Below are positions 28,234 to 37,456 of a stretch of 43,958 nt of DNA, in pieces. The position numbers and the translations under genes were made by a program. This DNA is from a virus (lineage: Duplodnaviria > Caudoviricetes), in IMG/VR virus record IMGVR_UViG_3300037070_000806, positions 1-43,958 of that record. The stretch is one strand, 5' to 3'. Position 1 is the first letter of the stretch; every line of letters begins with the position of its first letter. The notes beneath the pieces are model-generated. The model saw only the letters and a program-made list of their open reading frames with translations, did not search any database and was not told the origin of the DNA.

Positions 28234-30746
28234 AGATGGACCTCCTTCATATGCGACCACCTGTGGAGTCCCTTAGAGTCCTCAACAAAAGTCTTGCCAT
28301 CCCACGACGTAGGATAGGACATCTTAAGTTCCGCTGGAACAATCAATGGTTCCGGCTTATGTTTGTACACGTCTTGGATCATGATTGGCGCCTCCGCGTG
28401 TTTCTTCATTATTTTGAGACAAGTCTTCGCGTATTTTGGAGTTGTAATCGGAACGAGGTTGTCATGTACGTCGATCGCTATGCGGGCATATTTTCGGTCG
28501 GGCCATTCGTCATCTTCCTCACACATATACCAGACTCGCGTGACCTTATCCCCAATTGTAGACTGGGGATAAAATGCGATGATACTATCTAGTACGTCGT
28601 CATCTAGTCGCTGGATGACCTTAAAGCGCCGACCCAACCCGTTGTATATCTCCCGCGTGGCCTTAAAGTTCTTCTCTTCCGCGGCCCACCAATATCGAAG
28701 CTCTGGGGTAATGCTATGGTACACGGCCCAAGCACGCGCCGCTTGGTGGAATGGTAAGTCAGTAACCTCCGCAAGCTTCCACTTCTCCATCCTGTAGTTA
28801 AGACCATGACGACACCGCTTGGCTATGTACCGGATCGTAGGGGCATCATTCTCATCCCAGTCCTTCAACGGCACCTGATCGTATGGCATCTTGAACATCT
28901 CTGATGCTAACGCTCGATGGCAGTCATACTTGCCATCGAGGCGTGCTTGCTCAAATTGTTCTTTCCATTTGGGTATATTTGCTCGATAAGCAACAACCCG
29001 AGCCTCTGCTTGCGAGAGATCAAAATATAAAAGCACGCAGCCAGGATCAGCAACATACATACTACGCGCACGAACGGGTTGGTTCTGCATGTTTCCGCCT
29101 TCACCGTATATGAGCGCAGCGGAGGAGAGTCGTCCGGGTGCCCGACTAACACCGTACTGCTTATACTCACATCTAAACCTACCATCCGAAGAAACCTTTG
29201 ACTCAGCGTAAGTCCCTCGGAACTTGTCTTCCTTTTTGAATCTGTTAAGGGCACCGATCATCTCCTTTGCTATTGCCGGAGTACCTGAGTCGCGCATAAT
29301 GTTGTCACGATTAGCTTCGTCTGTGGACGTACCCTTGCCTTTCAGCTTGAGCCGTGTAAAGAATAAGTCCTGTAGCTGTTGCCACGATCCGGGATTTGGG
29401 AAGTAGTCCTCATCATCCACCGCCTCTTGTGCGAGACGCTGAAACTCAGCTTTGTAGTTATCCACGTCCCGATTGACTAGCTCCGTGATGCTCTCTCGTA
29501 TATCCATATCCACCTTCACACCATGAACACACGCTGCGACGAGATGTGGCTGCGCCCTCATGACGTGCTCGAAGAAGAATTTCTCTTGTCCTTGTTGCTT
29601 GAGTTCTCGTTGTAGGGATTCGAAACAAGCGTAAGTGAGGGCGGCATCGGTACAATTATAAATCCAATAACTGTCAATGTCCCCTCCTTCCTTCCACTTC
29701 TTCCCATCATCCTTGTAAAAGGGATGCGTAGTATACTGCGATACGAGAAAGGCAAGACTATGGGGAAGTTGAGGGTAAAGAGTGTGGTGAGCCAACAGTG
29801 TATCGAACCAAATCCTAATACGGAGGCCGTTTCGAAGCCACTCATGATAGGTGTCGAACGAGCCGTTTTGGGCGATGATCCTGTTTGAGTCACACATGTT
29901 TTGTAGGGCCAATAGAAGTTCACGCTCTTGGCGAATACTGTATCTATTGTCTCGTCCGTCACGCAGATTGATACACATAGCTGTGTGAGCATCATTCGAT
30001 AGCCCATAGCACACAGTCTCCGTTGTATTCATCGTCTCAATGTCAAACGAGATGGGCTTCTTAGCCTTGTTCAACTCCTTAATGAACACCATCGCCTCGT
30101 TGAACGTTGGGTTGATTATGGCCTCAACACGATGTGGTCTAAAGACATTTCGATTAACGAGGTCGAGCTTCTTGCAGTCCATTCGAAAGACTGGCTCAAA
30201 CTTAAGTTCGCGCTGTGCGTAAGCGGGGTTGAAGGCGCATACAACTCGTCCTCGCTTACCATTGGGAAGCTCTGTGTCAATGACAGAACCCCTCCAGTTG
30301 GTGACTCCGGTACTTCCGAGAATAGCTTCGAGAGCATAGTTTCCCATTGCAAAGATAATGCTGCAGTTGGGAAGCTGCGCGAGTTCCCATTTGAGCAGGC
30401 CGATCCACTTATCGAGTTCGTCTCTGTGCACGATGTGACGTTCATTTCCTTTTCTGGAGAGACTGATTTGTCGCTTGACCACATTAGTAGTGTAAACGTT
30501 TGTTCGATTGATTCCGTAGGCTTGAGTGGCGCTCCAAAGTAAGTGACCAGCTCCACCAACAAACGGAAGTCGTTGAGGATGACGAAGCTCAGTCTCTCCC
30601 GGTCCCTCACCGACAATCGCGACTGAACTTGTAACGGGGCCATCTGAGAACACCTCTGTGTCAAGAAGTAATTGGCTTGCGTGTGTTCTGAAGTCTAATT
30701 CAAGTTCGTGGCGGGTGATCTGAGGCAGCTCGATCTTTTGCAGCAT
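28230..30746 (-). CDS. polA: Family A DNA polymerase with N-terminal uracil-DNA-glycosylase-like domain and 3'-5' exonuclease
   Basis: UDG-like VGEGPG..E/PFVG.AG/TNVVK; exonuclease FDIET, QNGSFD, YNCTD; polymerase GRLSS, DLSQAEAR, KRCRHGLNY, VHDN; AAGGAG RBS. Confidence 0.93.
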   Translation of the reverse strand: MLQKIELPQITRHELELDFRTHASQLLLDTEVFSDGPVTSSVAIVGEGPGETELRHPQRLPFVGGAGHLLWSATQAYGINRTNVYTTNVVKRQISLSRKGNERHIVHRDELDKWIGLLKWELAQLPNCSIIFAMGNYALEAILGSTGVTNWRGSVIDTELPNGKRGRVVCAFNPAYAQRELKFEPVFRMDCKKLDLVNRNVFRPHRVEAIINPTFNEAMVFIKELNKAKKPISFDIETMNTTETVCYGLSNDAHTAMCINLRDGRDNRYSIRQERELLLALQNMCDSNRIIAQNGSFDTYHEWLRNGLRIRIWFDTLLAHHTLYPQLPHSLAFLVSQYTTHPFYKDDGKKWKEGGDIDSYWIYNCTDAALTYACFESLQRELKQQGQEKFFFEHVMRAQPHLVAACVHGVKVDMDIRESITELVNRDVDNYKAEFQRLAQEAVDDEDYFPNPGSWQQLQDLFFTRLKLKGKGTSTDEANRDNIMRDSGTPAIAKEMIGALNRFKKEDKFRGTYAESKVSSDGRFRCEYKQYGVSRAPGRLSSAALIYGEGGNMQNQPVRARSMYVADPGCVLLYFDLSQAEARVVAYRANIPKWKEQFEQARLDGKYDCHRALASEMFKMPYDQVPLKDWDENDAPTIRYIAKRCRHGLNYRMEKWKLAEVTDLPFHQAARAWAVYHSITPELRYWWAAEEKNFKATREIYNGLGRRFKVIQRLDDDVLDSIIAFYPQSTIGDKVTRVWYMCEEDDEWPDRKYARIAIDVHDNLVPITTPKYAKTCLKIMKKHAEAPIMIQDVYKHKPEPLIVPAELKMSYPTSWDGKTFVEDSKGLHRWSHMKEVHL

Positions 30747-30765
30747 CGCTTGCTCCTTGTATGAG

Positions 30766-30897
30766 TCATACATCTAGCTTGGGTTCCTTCAAGACACGTA
30801 AAATGTCCATGAGAGTGTTTGAGATTGCCCATGCCCAGTAAGTGAACCCTGTGCCGAATATCAGCACAACGACGGTTAACAGTTGAATATCAGTCAT
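30766..30897 (-). CDS. Small single-TM protein (43 aa, not in the ORF track)
   Basis: MTDIQLLTVVVLIFGTGFTYWAW...; ATGA overlap with the helicase stop; its stop lies in palindrome 30758. Confidence 0.55.
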   Translation of the reverse strand: MTDIQLLTVVVLIFGTGFTYWAWAISNTLMDILRVLKEPKLDV

Positions 30898-32111
30898 ACA
30901 TCGTAACTCCGCATAGACAAACCCATCGCTCGCCTATCCGTTATCAGGATCACATTCTTCTTGGCTCTCGTTACCGCTGTGTAGAAGTTGCGTTTGTTAA
31001 GCAACCATATCTGGCTCTTGCTCATACAATAAATGATTGTCTCGAACTCCGATCCTTGTGCCTTGTGTGTCGTGATCGCATAGCCAAGTTCAATCTGCTT
31101 CCTCGGATCGTAGTTGATGATGTGCCCTGCGAACTGATCGTATGTCTTGATCCTTGGAGGAATAACTACTGCCCTGCTACCCGTAACAATACCAAGCTCA
31201 CCAGCATCAGGATCAACCCAGTCTACATACCCAAGCTCTCCATTGAACAGGTTCAGCTTGTAGTCATTTCTAACCCAGATGAACTTATCCTTTGCCCTTA
31301 CCGCAAGTGGTGCCTCGTCCTTATCAAACCTATTCAAGCGCAGCATGGGACCAGTGCTGTTGAACCTCATCTGTAACGATGGGTTCGCTCTCGTTGTACC
31401 TGCTCGTCCCTTACGTGTAGGCATGATGATCTGGTAGTCCTCTTGTGTAAAAGCGTCCGTAACAAAGTCCAGCAGTACACCTAACGGATTATCGTTGTAG
31501 ATGATCTCGAAGAACGAGTTCCTCAGCGGGATGCATCCTTTAAGTATCCGCTGTGCGTTGTCTACAATAGCATCTCCACTCCTATAGTTGTACGTTAACT
31601 CAACTGAAGGCCGCTCCTTCAGCAACGTGATGAACGGAGGCTTACCCTCTTCTACAGGAGGCAGCTGATTGTTGTCACCAAACCAACGTATCACTCCACC
31701 TCTAGGCAGCGCGTCGATTAGGAACCTATAGAGGGACGGCGATATCATTGACGACTCATCAACAATTACGACGTTCTCATCTAATGGGTTATCCTTATTC
31801 CTCCTTGGTAGATTGGGATCACAGTTTTCCTCGAGGTCAGTATCATCCGGCATAGGGAACTGCAACAACCTATGCACTGTCTTTGCTGGTATCCCTGTCA
31901 ACTCTTGGATACGCTTTGCCGCTCGCCCTGTCGGGGCACAAAGAGCTATCCGCTTCTTCATACGTCTAAGCTCTTTGTGGACCTCCCCCATCACCAGGGT
32001 CTTCCCTACACCTGCCCCACCTGTGACACAAGCGATGACCACACTCATATCACAGCACATATCTACCGCACGTTCTTGCTCACTACTAAGATATACCTTG
32101 CTATTTACCAT
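30894..32111 (-). CDS. recD2: SF1B RecD2/Dda-like helicase
   Basis: GGAGVGKT, APTGRAA, IVDESSM, GDNNQLPPV, YAITTHKAQGSE, YTAVTRA. Confidence 0.92.
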   Translation of the reverse strand: MVNSKVYLSSEQERAVDMCCDMSVVIACVTGGAGVGKTLVMGEVHKELRRMKKRIALCAPTGRAAKRIQELTGIPAKTVHRLLQFPMPDDTDLEENCDPNLPRRNKDNPLDENVVIVDESSMISPSLYRFLIDALPRGGVIRWFGDNNQLPPVEEGKPPFITLLKERPSVELTYNYRSGDAIVDNAQRILKGCIPLRNSFFEIIYNDNPLGVLLDFVTDAFTQEDYQIIMPTRKGRAGTTRANPSLQMRFNSTGPMLRLNRFDKDEAPLAVRAKDKFIWVRNDYKLNLFNGELGYVDWVDPDAGELGIVTGSRAVVIPPRIKTYDQFAGHIINYDPRKQIELGYAITTHKAQGSEFETIIYCMSKSQIWLLNKRNFYTAVTRAKKNVILITDRRAMGLSMRSYDV

Positions 32112-32385
32112 TGCCTGTCCCCGGTGGAGCATGAGGATTAACTCTTGGAGGTAGACCTTCTTCTGGGTCTACAATAGTGATGTGGACTTTATAGACTGGC
32201 GCATCCATGTCCTCGAAGTCGTCCGGTGGAATGTTAGTCCTTAGATACATCACCATCATAGGGTTGCCACCATTCATCTCGCTGACAAACCTAACAGTGT
32301 CTTCCACTTCGGTTACGAATAAGTCTCCAGGTCTAAGATCACATGCCAGCTTCTTTTCCAGCTTGATGAATGCCTTCTGTGTCAT
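32101..32385 (-). CDS. Hypothetical protein (94 aa)
   Basis: Coupled ORF in the replication operon. Confidence 0.65.
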   Translation of the reverse strand: MTQKAFIKLEKKLACDLRPGDLFVTEVEDTVRFVSEMNGGNPMMVMYLRTNIPPDDFEDMDAPVYKVHITIVDPEEGLPPRVNPHAPPGTGNGK

Positions 32386-32582
32386 ACGACTTCTGCCATT
32401 ACTTTACGTGCTGCTTGGATAGTCACCATCCGCAGAAACTGAGAAGTTGACATATTCAATACGTGTGCCGCTTTATCTATGTCCTCCTTATCATCTGCCG
32501 ATACTCTATAGATGATTTGTATATCACCAGTCCTAGCAGTCAACTCGCCGAGACTGATGACAATATCCCTGGGCTGCTTCAT
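32382..32582 (-). CDS. Ribbon-helix-helix (DUF1778/CopG-like) DNA-binding protein
   Basis: IIYRVSADDKEDIDKAAHVLNMSTSQFLRMVTIQAA pattern; AAGGAG RBS. Confidence 0.7.
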   Translation of the reverse strand: MKQPRDIVISLGELTARTGDIQIIYRVSADDKEDIDKAAHVLNMSTSQFLRMVTIQAARKVMAEVV

Positions 32583-32643
32583 AGCAAACTCCTTCAGAAA
32601 AGGGGCCGATGTATGACTCATACATACACCGGCCCTAGTTCAG

Positions 32644-33156
32644 TTACTCAGCAGCAGCCCGACGGCCACGCGCTGCGGCAGCCGGTTTTGCCTTGGCATT
32701 ACCACGAGCCGGAGCAGCCTTGGCCTCAGCGGCTTCCACCGCCTTGATCTCAGCACGTTCCTCACCCAGGTACTTACCCGTACCCACGATCAGGCGAGCC
32801 TCACGGCCCATCCAATCGTTGGGGTCGATCGTTGTCGTATTGGGATCGAGTCCCAATGCCTCGATGAACCTACGCAAGTTAAACAAGGCACGCCGATCGC
32901 TCCGTCCCCGCGGCTTGATGATGCGGTTCCAGAACAGCACAGCTCCGTCCTCGTACTGATCCGCCACGTCAGCGGGCAGTTCCGCTGGAGAGACACGAAA
33001 CTGAATGGCAAAGTACGTATTGCCCTTCGCGCTCGTGGTCTCCTGAACGTCCTGCACCTCACCCACGTACTTGCCCGGAGGAATTTCCTTCGGCTTCTCT
33101 ACGTCGGCGAGGTTCTCGTCGAGTTCGATGATGCCCATCGGCTCGTCTGTAGCCAT
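32644..33156 (-). CDS. Single-stranded DNA-binding protein (DUF669-like)
   Basis: IPPGKY..EV...TSAKGN...F pattern; near a Sak4-like gene; AAGGAG RBS. Confidence 0.7.
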   Translation of the reverse strand: MATDEPMGIIELDENLADVEKPKEIPPGKYVGEVQDVQETTSAKGNTYFAIQFRVSPAELPADVADQYEDGAVLFWNRIIKPRGRSDRRALFNLRRFIEALGLDPNTTTIDPNDWMGREARLIVGTGKYLGEERAEIKAVEAAEAKAAPARGNAKAKPAAAARGRRAAAE

Positions 33157-33157
33157 T

Positions 33158-33319
33158 TCACTTGCTCCTTTCGACAGCGGGGGCAGCCGCTTCGACATCG
33201 TTATCCTCTGCCCAGGAAGCTGGTACGCAGCGATCGTGGATGACTTCATTGTCACATACCCAATACTTCTGGGTCGGATCAACTTCCTCTCCACACTTGG
33301 CACATCTGACTATTCTCAT
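33158..33319 (-). CDS. Small zinc-finger protein (53 aa, not in the ORF track)
   Basis: MRIVRCAKCGEEVDPTQKYWVCDNEVIHDRC: CxxC...HxxC; ATGA overlap. Confidence 0.6.
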   Translation of the reverse strand: MRIVRCAKCGEEVDPTQKYWVCDNEVIHDRCVPASWAEDNDVEAAAPAVERSK

Positions 33320-33597
33320 TTGTACCGCCTAGTGTCAACTGCCGTTGACTGCTCTGACTCGTCCCCACGGAACTTCATAAGCTCGCGCTGAAGCCCGCTG
33401 ACCTCTGCCTCTAGCAAATCTGTTGCCCTCGAGAGTGATAGGCCATGAGGATTTACCGGTGTCCCTGCAACTGTAGCCATAGGCTGCGGTACATCATCGT
33501 CAGCTATGGTATTCAGGACATGACGAACAGAGTCCCTCGCGTTGCTTATCTCAAGCGATGCCTTCACTATTCGATCTCTAATTATCTCGGTTATCAT
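33316..33597 (-). CDS. Hypothetical protein (93 aa)
   Basis: AAGGAG RBS; ATGA overlap with the upstream gene. Confidence 0.65.
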   Translation of the reverse strand: MITEIIRDRIVKASLEISNARDSVRHVLNTIADDDVPQPMATVAGTPVNPHGLSLSRATDLLEAEVSGLQRELMKFRGDESEQSTAVDTRRYK

Positions 33598-34424
33598 TTG
33601 TCTCTCCTTGACGCTGGGATTGACAGCTTCGCGTTGCCAGACACCCACTTCTCGTAGAGCGATGCGATCGTCATCTGACCCTTGTCTGGCTTGTTTGAGT
33701 CATACGGCAACATGAACGCAGGCTCTCCGATACCAGTAAACATACGGGACTTCATCGGTCGATGCTTAAGCCACGGCCGCACCGCGAGCTGACGACCTTT
33801 GCTGTCCTGATCTAGATACCAAATCTCACTCAGACGCCACGTTACGTTGTTCACCAACTTACCACCCAACATGATGGTAATGTACTGCACGATGCCTTCC
33901 TTGTCCTTCTCGGGATCAGCCTCATGCGCTGTCAGGATCAGATGCACATCATGCTTGGCTGTGATCCTCAACAGCTTCGTTAGCACCTCGAGCGTGATAG
34001 CGTTCCGCCCACCATAGGCAGACATACCGGGATGCTCCATCGTAGGCACGAAGCCCTTACCCATACCGAGCTTCATGCCTACCGCAGCACGCAACGCCAT
34101 GTCAGTCAATGCCGTTACCGAATCACACACCACCGTCTCGATGTCGGTATCGTTATGCAGTATGTGATCGAGGTCGAACGGATTATCTGATCTCCCATGC
34201 TTGAGGACATCATCGTAGCTGTACTTATACAGTGGCATTACAGCTACGTCCTTCCTCTCCATCACAGACTGATGCTCGTTATCTCCGAACGACAACCACA
34301 GCTTCTTTCCAGGTGCCGTGCCTGCCCATGTTGTCTTGCCACTTCCAGCCGGACCCCACAGTAGAATGGTCATCCGACGTGACGTGTCTCCTTGAGTTGT
34401 TACTTCGAATGGGCTTGTCATCAC
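33594..34424 (-). CDS. sak4: Sak4-like AAA_24 ATPase (recombination/single-strand annealing)
   Basis: LLWGPAGSGKTT, VVCDSVT, ILTAHE; lies between the nuclease and SSB genes. Confidence 0.75.
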   Translation of the reverse strand: MMTSPFEVTTQGDTSRRMTILLWGPAGSGKTTWAGTAPGKKLWLSFGDNEHQSVMERKDVAVMPLYKYSYDDVLKHGRSDNPFDLDHILHNDTDIETVVCDSVTALTDMALRAAVGMKLGMGKGFVPTMEHPGMSAYGGRNAITLEVLTKLLRITAKHDVHLILTAHEADPEKDKEGIVQYITIMLGGKLVNNVTWRLSEIWYLDQDSKGRQLAVRPWLKHRPMKSRMFTGIGEPAFMLPYDSNKPDKGQMTIASLYEKWVSGNAKLSIPASRRDK

Positions 34425-35560
34425 TCACTCACGGCTCGTTCACTGGGGCTTGGTTCTGCCGGGACCATGAGTTCATCGAAAGCCAGCTTGCGTCCGGCGG
34501 CCCCATCCGGGTCTGCACAAAAACTAAGTAGCGAGCATGGTCGAAAGTAGCGATTACAAGAGTGCGTGAACCGAGTCGCATGTTCAAAATCGTCCCGATG
34601 CCTTTCGTATATTTCAGCCATCTCACGAACCCACGTAGCCCAGTGCTGAATATCATCCCACTTCCTCACGATTGGTTCGAAGGGATACACGTCCTCACCC
34701 TTGTTCATGGGCTTGATGCGTAGTCCAGTCACCCGACTTCTGTAGACTTCGAACCCGAAAACGCTAGTACTTGCCGCACAGTAACCAGTAAGCTGATGCC
34801 TCATGTCAAAGGCGTTCCGCCATGCATCTCCGAGCCTTGCCGCAGTCTTGTTCTCGTCAAGGTAATATTCACCAGTGCTCGCTTTGCTAACCAAACCGTC
34901 AATGGTTCCAACGCAGCGAATCTCCTTGTTATCCTCGTAAGTAAGTACAACGTCGAACACTTGCTCAATCCCCACACAAGACTGGGGGTTGCTTTCGTCC
35001 TCCACGTATATGGGCCAATTCTCCATCTTAGGTAGATGCTCATCGACATAACATATGGTTGCAAGCTCCATGTTCGTCATGGTCCGAGTCGGATCAGTCG
35101 GTGCATCCTTCCAACCACTCGAGCTTAACACTCTGAAGCACAACTCGAGCAACTGGTCACGTTCCTCTGTGTGAGTCAAACAATGGTTCCAGCAGAGGTT
35201 CCACCTAGCCGCCTTGAAGATGCGACGCCCCACTACCTGAGCATGTGCATCGAAGCCCTGCTTGCGACTCAACTGCCATATCCTGACAGCCGCAAACACC
35301 TGATGCATCAGCTCACCCGCCTCCAGTGCCATGCTTCGCGCGTCGCTTGGGTATCGCCTTTGCATGTGCACCACTCCCCACGTCGGGCACATTGCCAAGT
35401 CCTCGAGTCGGGAGTTTGAGTAAGGATGCAAGGTCTTCTTCTGTGCTGGAGACGTGGCCGATACTTGCATCAGCCTCGGGCGGTTTACCCTCGTCAGCCT
35501 CTCTTCCGTCCTCGTCTTCGGCCGGATCGCGCTTAGTGGCACTCGCGGCATAATGGGCAT
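34421..35560 (-). CDS. PD-(D/E)XK Cas4/RecB-like exonuclease
   Basis: SNSRL...CP, GTIDG, DENKT, QLTGY, C-terminal C.....C.....C cluster; GAGGAGG RBS. Confidence 0.8.
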   Translation of the reverse strand: MPIMPRVPLSAIRPKTRTEERLTRVNRPRLMQVSATSPAQKKTLHPYSNSRLEDLAMCPTWGVVHMQRRYPSDARSMALEAGELMHQVFAAVRIWQLSRKQGFDAHAQVVGRRIFKAARWNLCWNHCLTHTEERDQLLELCFRVLSSSGWKDAPTDPTRTMTNMELATICYVDEHLPKMENWPIYVEDESNPQSCVGIEQVFDVVLTYEDNKEIRCVGTIDGLVSKASTGEYYLDENKTAARLGDAWRNAFDMRHQLTGYCAASTSVFGFEVYRSRVTGLRIKPMNKGEDVYPFEPIVRKWDDIQHWATWVREMAEIYERHRDDFEHATRFTHSCNRYFRPCSLLSFCADPDGAAGRKLAFDELMVPAEPSPSERAVSE

Positions 35561-35744
35561 CAACGTACCTCCTCAGTTGTGGCATGACGGCCAAGATAAT
35601 CTGCAAGACCTTCTCTGGATCGAGCGCTGCATTTGTCCCTACGAGAGCCATCCTCAGCAGTACCTCAGCCTCGTAGAGTTCCGCCTCCAGCTTACTCTCA
35701 AAGAACGTCCCGTCCTCGGTCACATAGCCTTGTGCCATCTTCAT
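35313..35744 (-). CDS. Hypothetical protein overlapping the nuclease gene
   Basis: YVTEDGTFFESKLEAELYE motif common in small phage proteins. Confidence 0.6.
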   Translation of the reverse strand: MKMAQGYVTEDGTFFESKLEAELYEAEVLLRMALVGTNAALDPEKVLQIILAVMPQLRRYVDAHYAASATKRDPAEDEDGREADEGKPPEADASIGHVSSTEEDLASLLKLPTRGLGNVPDVGSGAHAKAIPKRRAKHGTGGG

Positions 35745-35745
35745 G

Positions 35746-36012
35746 TCAGTTCTCTGGTTCGTTCCGCACGCTGTGAACGTCCACACCATCAGGCATGCCA
35801 CGGCGTTGCAATTCCTTTACTCTGAGGAACAAGTCGTCGTTGATGTTCGCCACGTCCTGCATCCTATTAGTCAGCTGCTCCATCAGCCCTAACGTCAGGT
35901 CAAGACTCCTACTCATCTCCACCTGAACCTCGAACATATGAGTCAGCAAGTACTGAGCCTTCTCACTCAGATTTGCGTCCCTCAACATCCTCTGGAAATC
36001 ATTGAACTGCAT
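35746..36012 (-). CDS. Coiled-coil hypothetical protein
   Basis: ORF in a tightly packed operon. Confidence 0.65.
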   Translation of the reverse strand: MQFNDFQRMLRDANLSEKAQYLLTHMFEVQVEMSRSLDLTLGLMEQLTNRMQDVANINDDLFLRVKELQRRGMPDGVDVHSVRNEPEN

Positions 36013-36014
36013 AG

Positions 36015-36272
36015 CTATGCTCTCCCCTTCACATCAGGCTGACCCTCGAACCGCTTGATCTGTTCCTTGAGCATGATAACCACATCGTCGCGGTTAGCAT
36101 TCGACATGTAGTTACATCGTCCATCACTCTCGAATGGGAACACCATCAGAATGATACCTATCTTCTTAGGGACATCCTCACCGTTGAAGAAGTGGTCGAC
36201 GGTACGCATCACTGCCGTCATCTTATCCACGAACTCCCGCTCGACCGGAGCATCACCTAATCTTTCAGTCAT
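36015..36272 (-). CDS. Hypothetical phage protein (85 aa)
   Basis: GAGGAG RBS; LMVFPF...NYMSNA.R.D motif recalled from alphaproteobacterial phages. Confidence 0.7.
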   Translation of the reverse strand: MTERLGDAPVEREFVDKMTAVMRTVDHFFNGEDVPKKIGIILMVFPFESDGRCNYMSNANRDDVVIMLKEQIKRFEGQPDVKGRA

Positions 36273-36296
36273 AGCTTGGCTCCTCTGTTGTATGAC

Positions 36297-36587
36297 TCAC
36301 ACATACTCTTCCAGTACACCAACTTCCTGCCGCAGCTGCTCGATCGCTTCAACCCTACGTTCCAATGCATAGATCGCACGGTCACATCGTTCGAGTTCCT
36401 TGCCAAGCATCTCGTAGTGTGCCTTAAGCTTGCGCCGAACCTTATCCTGTTCATGCTCAAGCTTAAGGTCTTGGCCCGCAGCATACTCCATCGCAGCAAC
36501 GATACGCCTAGCTCGGATCATCTCCAATCTTTGTTCCAACTCTTCTGTCGTCATCTCCTCGATCGTTCGCTGCAACACCAACGGCAT
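36297..36587 (-). CDS. Coiled-coil hypothetical protein
   Basis: GAGG RBS; stop codon inside palindrome 36289. Confidence 0.7.
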   Translation of the reverse strand: MPLVLQRTIEEMTTEELEQRLEMIRARRIVAAMEYAAGQDLKLEHEQDKVRRKLKAHYEMLGKELERCDRAIYALERRVEAIEQLRQEVGVLEEYV

Positions 36588-37006
36588 TAGCCCCTCTCCA
36601 CTACCTTCATCGTGACCATCGGATTTGTCGGTACCTTAGCCTGATCTATCAACTCCTTGGTTGTACTGACTGGCACCTTGTACTTACTCTTAGCCAGCAG
36701 TATCGCCAGCTCATCACCACTGAACCGTTTGACAGGCTGAGTCACCCTCGCGAACACAGCGAAGTTCGGACTCTGTGTGATTTGATGGTCACCGGGATCG
36801 AGCGTCTTCTTATCAGGGATCAGCCCCTCCTTCGTCATCGCCTTCCACGCAGCGTCACACCTAGCCTCTGCGTAGCGTCGAACGTGATCCCACATGAACG
36901 CTTCACCCAGAAGCGATCCCGTGTTGTGCTTGGCGTCAGGGTTAACCGTCCCGTTAGCCTTGCCCAACTTAGTCAGTGTCTTGATGATGTCTGTCTCGTA
37001 GCTCAT
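36587..37006 (-). CDS. Hypothetical protein (139 aa)
   Basis: GAGGCTGCC-ATG after palindrome 37019. Confidence 0.7.
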   Translation of the reverse strand: MSYETDIIKTLTKLGKANGTVNPDAKHNTGSLLGEAFMWDHVRRYAEARCDAAWKAMTKEGLIPDKKTLDPGDHQITQSPNFAVFARVTQPVKRFSGDELAILLAKSKYKVPVSTTKELIDQAKVPTNPMVTMKVVERG

Positions 37007-37095
37007 GGCAGCCTCTGTTGTTTGAGTCACACAAGAAGGTACTCGATCATCTTCATGATAACCACGACGAGGAGTACCCTCCAAATGATAGGCAT

Positions 37096-37392
37096 CTAGA
37101 ACTCCTTCTTCACACTCGCCCTTGCCGGCTTCCCAGCCACTCCCTGCGGCGCTCCTCTCGCTTCGGCCATCGTCTCAAAGTTCGCCGAGAAGTTCTCCTT
37201 CGTCATCAGCCACTGCTCACCACGATCCCTGGGATTCCTCGCGATCATATCTCCTTCCTTGGGATGCCCATGCTCCGCAAGAGCAGCATCGACGTACACA
37301 TTCGTCATGTCCTCGCCAATCACGTATGGCCGCATCTCCACGATTGTGATGCGGCTGTAGTTCACAAACTGATCCTCGTATTCGTCAGCCAT
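37096..37392 (-). CDS. Hypothetical phage protein
   Basis: GGAGGA RBS; EMRPY...PKEGDMIARNP...QWL...F..NF motif. Confidence 0.7.
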   Translation of the reverse strand: MADEYEDQFVNYSRITIVEMRPYVIGEDMTNVYVDAALAEHGHPKEGDMIARNPRDRGEQWLMTKENFSANFETMAEARGAPQGVAGKPARASVKKEF

Positions 37393-37456
37393 AGTCATCA
37401 TCCTCCATACATGAAACCAGTAGTCATCGAACACTTCTGGTGGTGCTTGTCTGATC

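Noticed and set aside
32382-32582. Toxin-antitoxin module
   Set aside because: RHH protein has no adjacent GNAT or other recognisable toxin gene
34421-35560. Cas4-like gene as part of a CRISPR-Cas system
   Set aside because: Solo nuclease in a Sak4/SSB recombination context; no array or other cas genes
23257-35955. Half or weak sites at 23257, 30892, 32378 and 35936
   Set aside because: Only one half matches, so they were not counted among the palindromes
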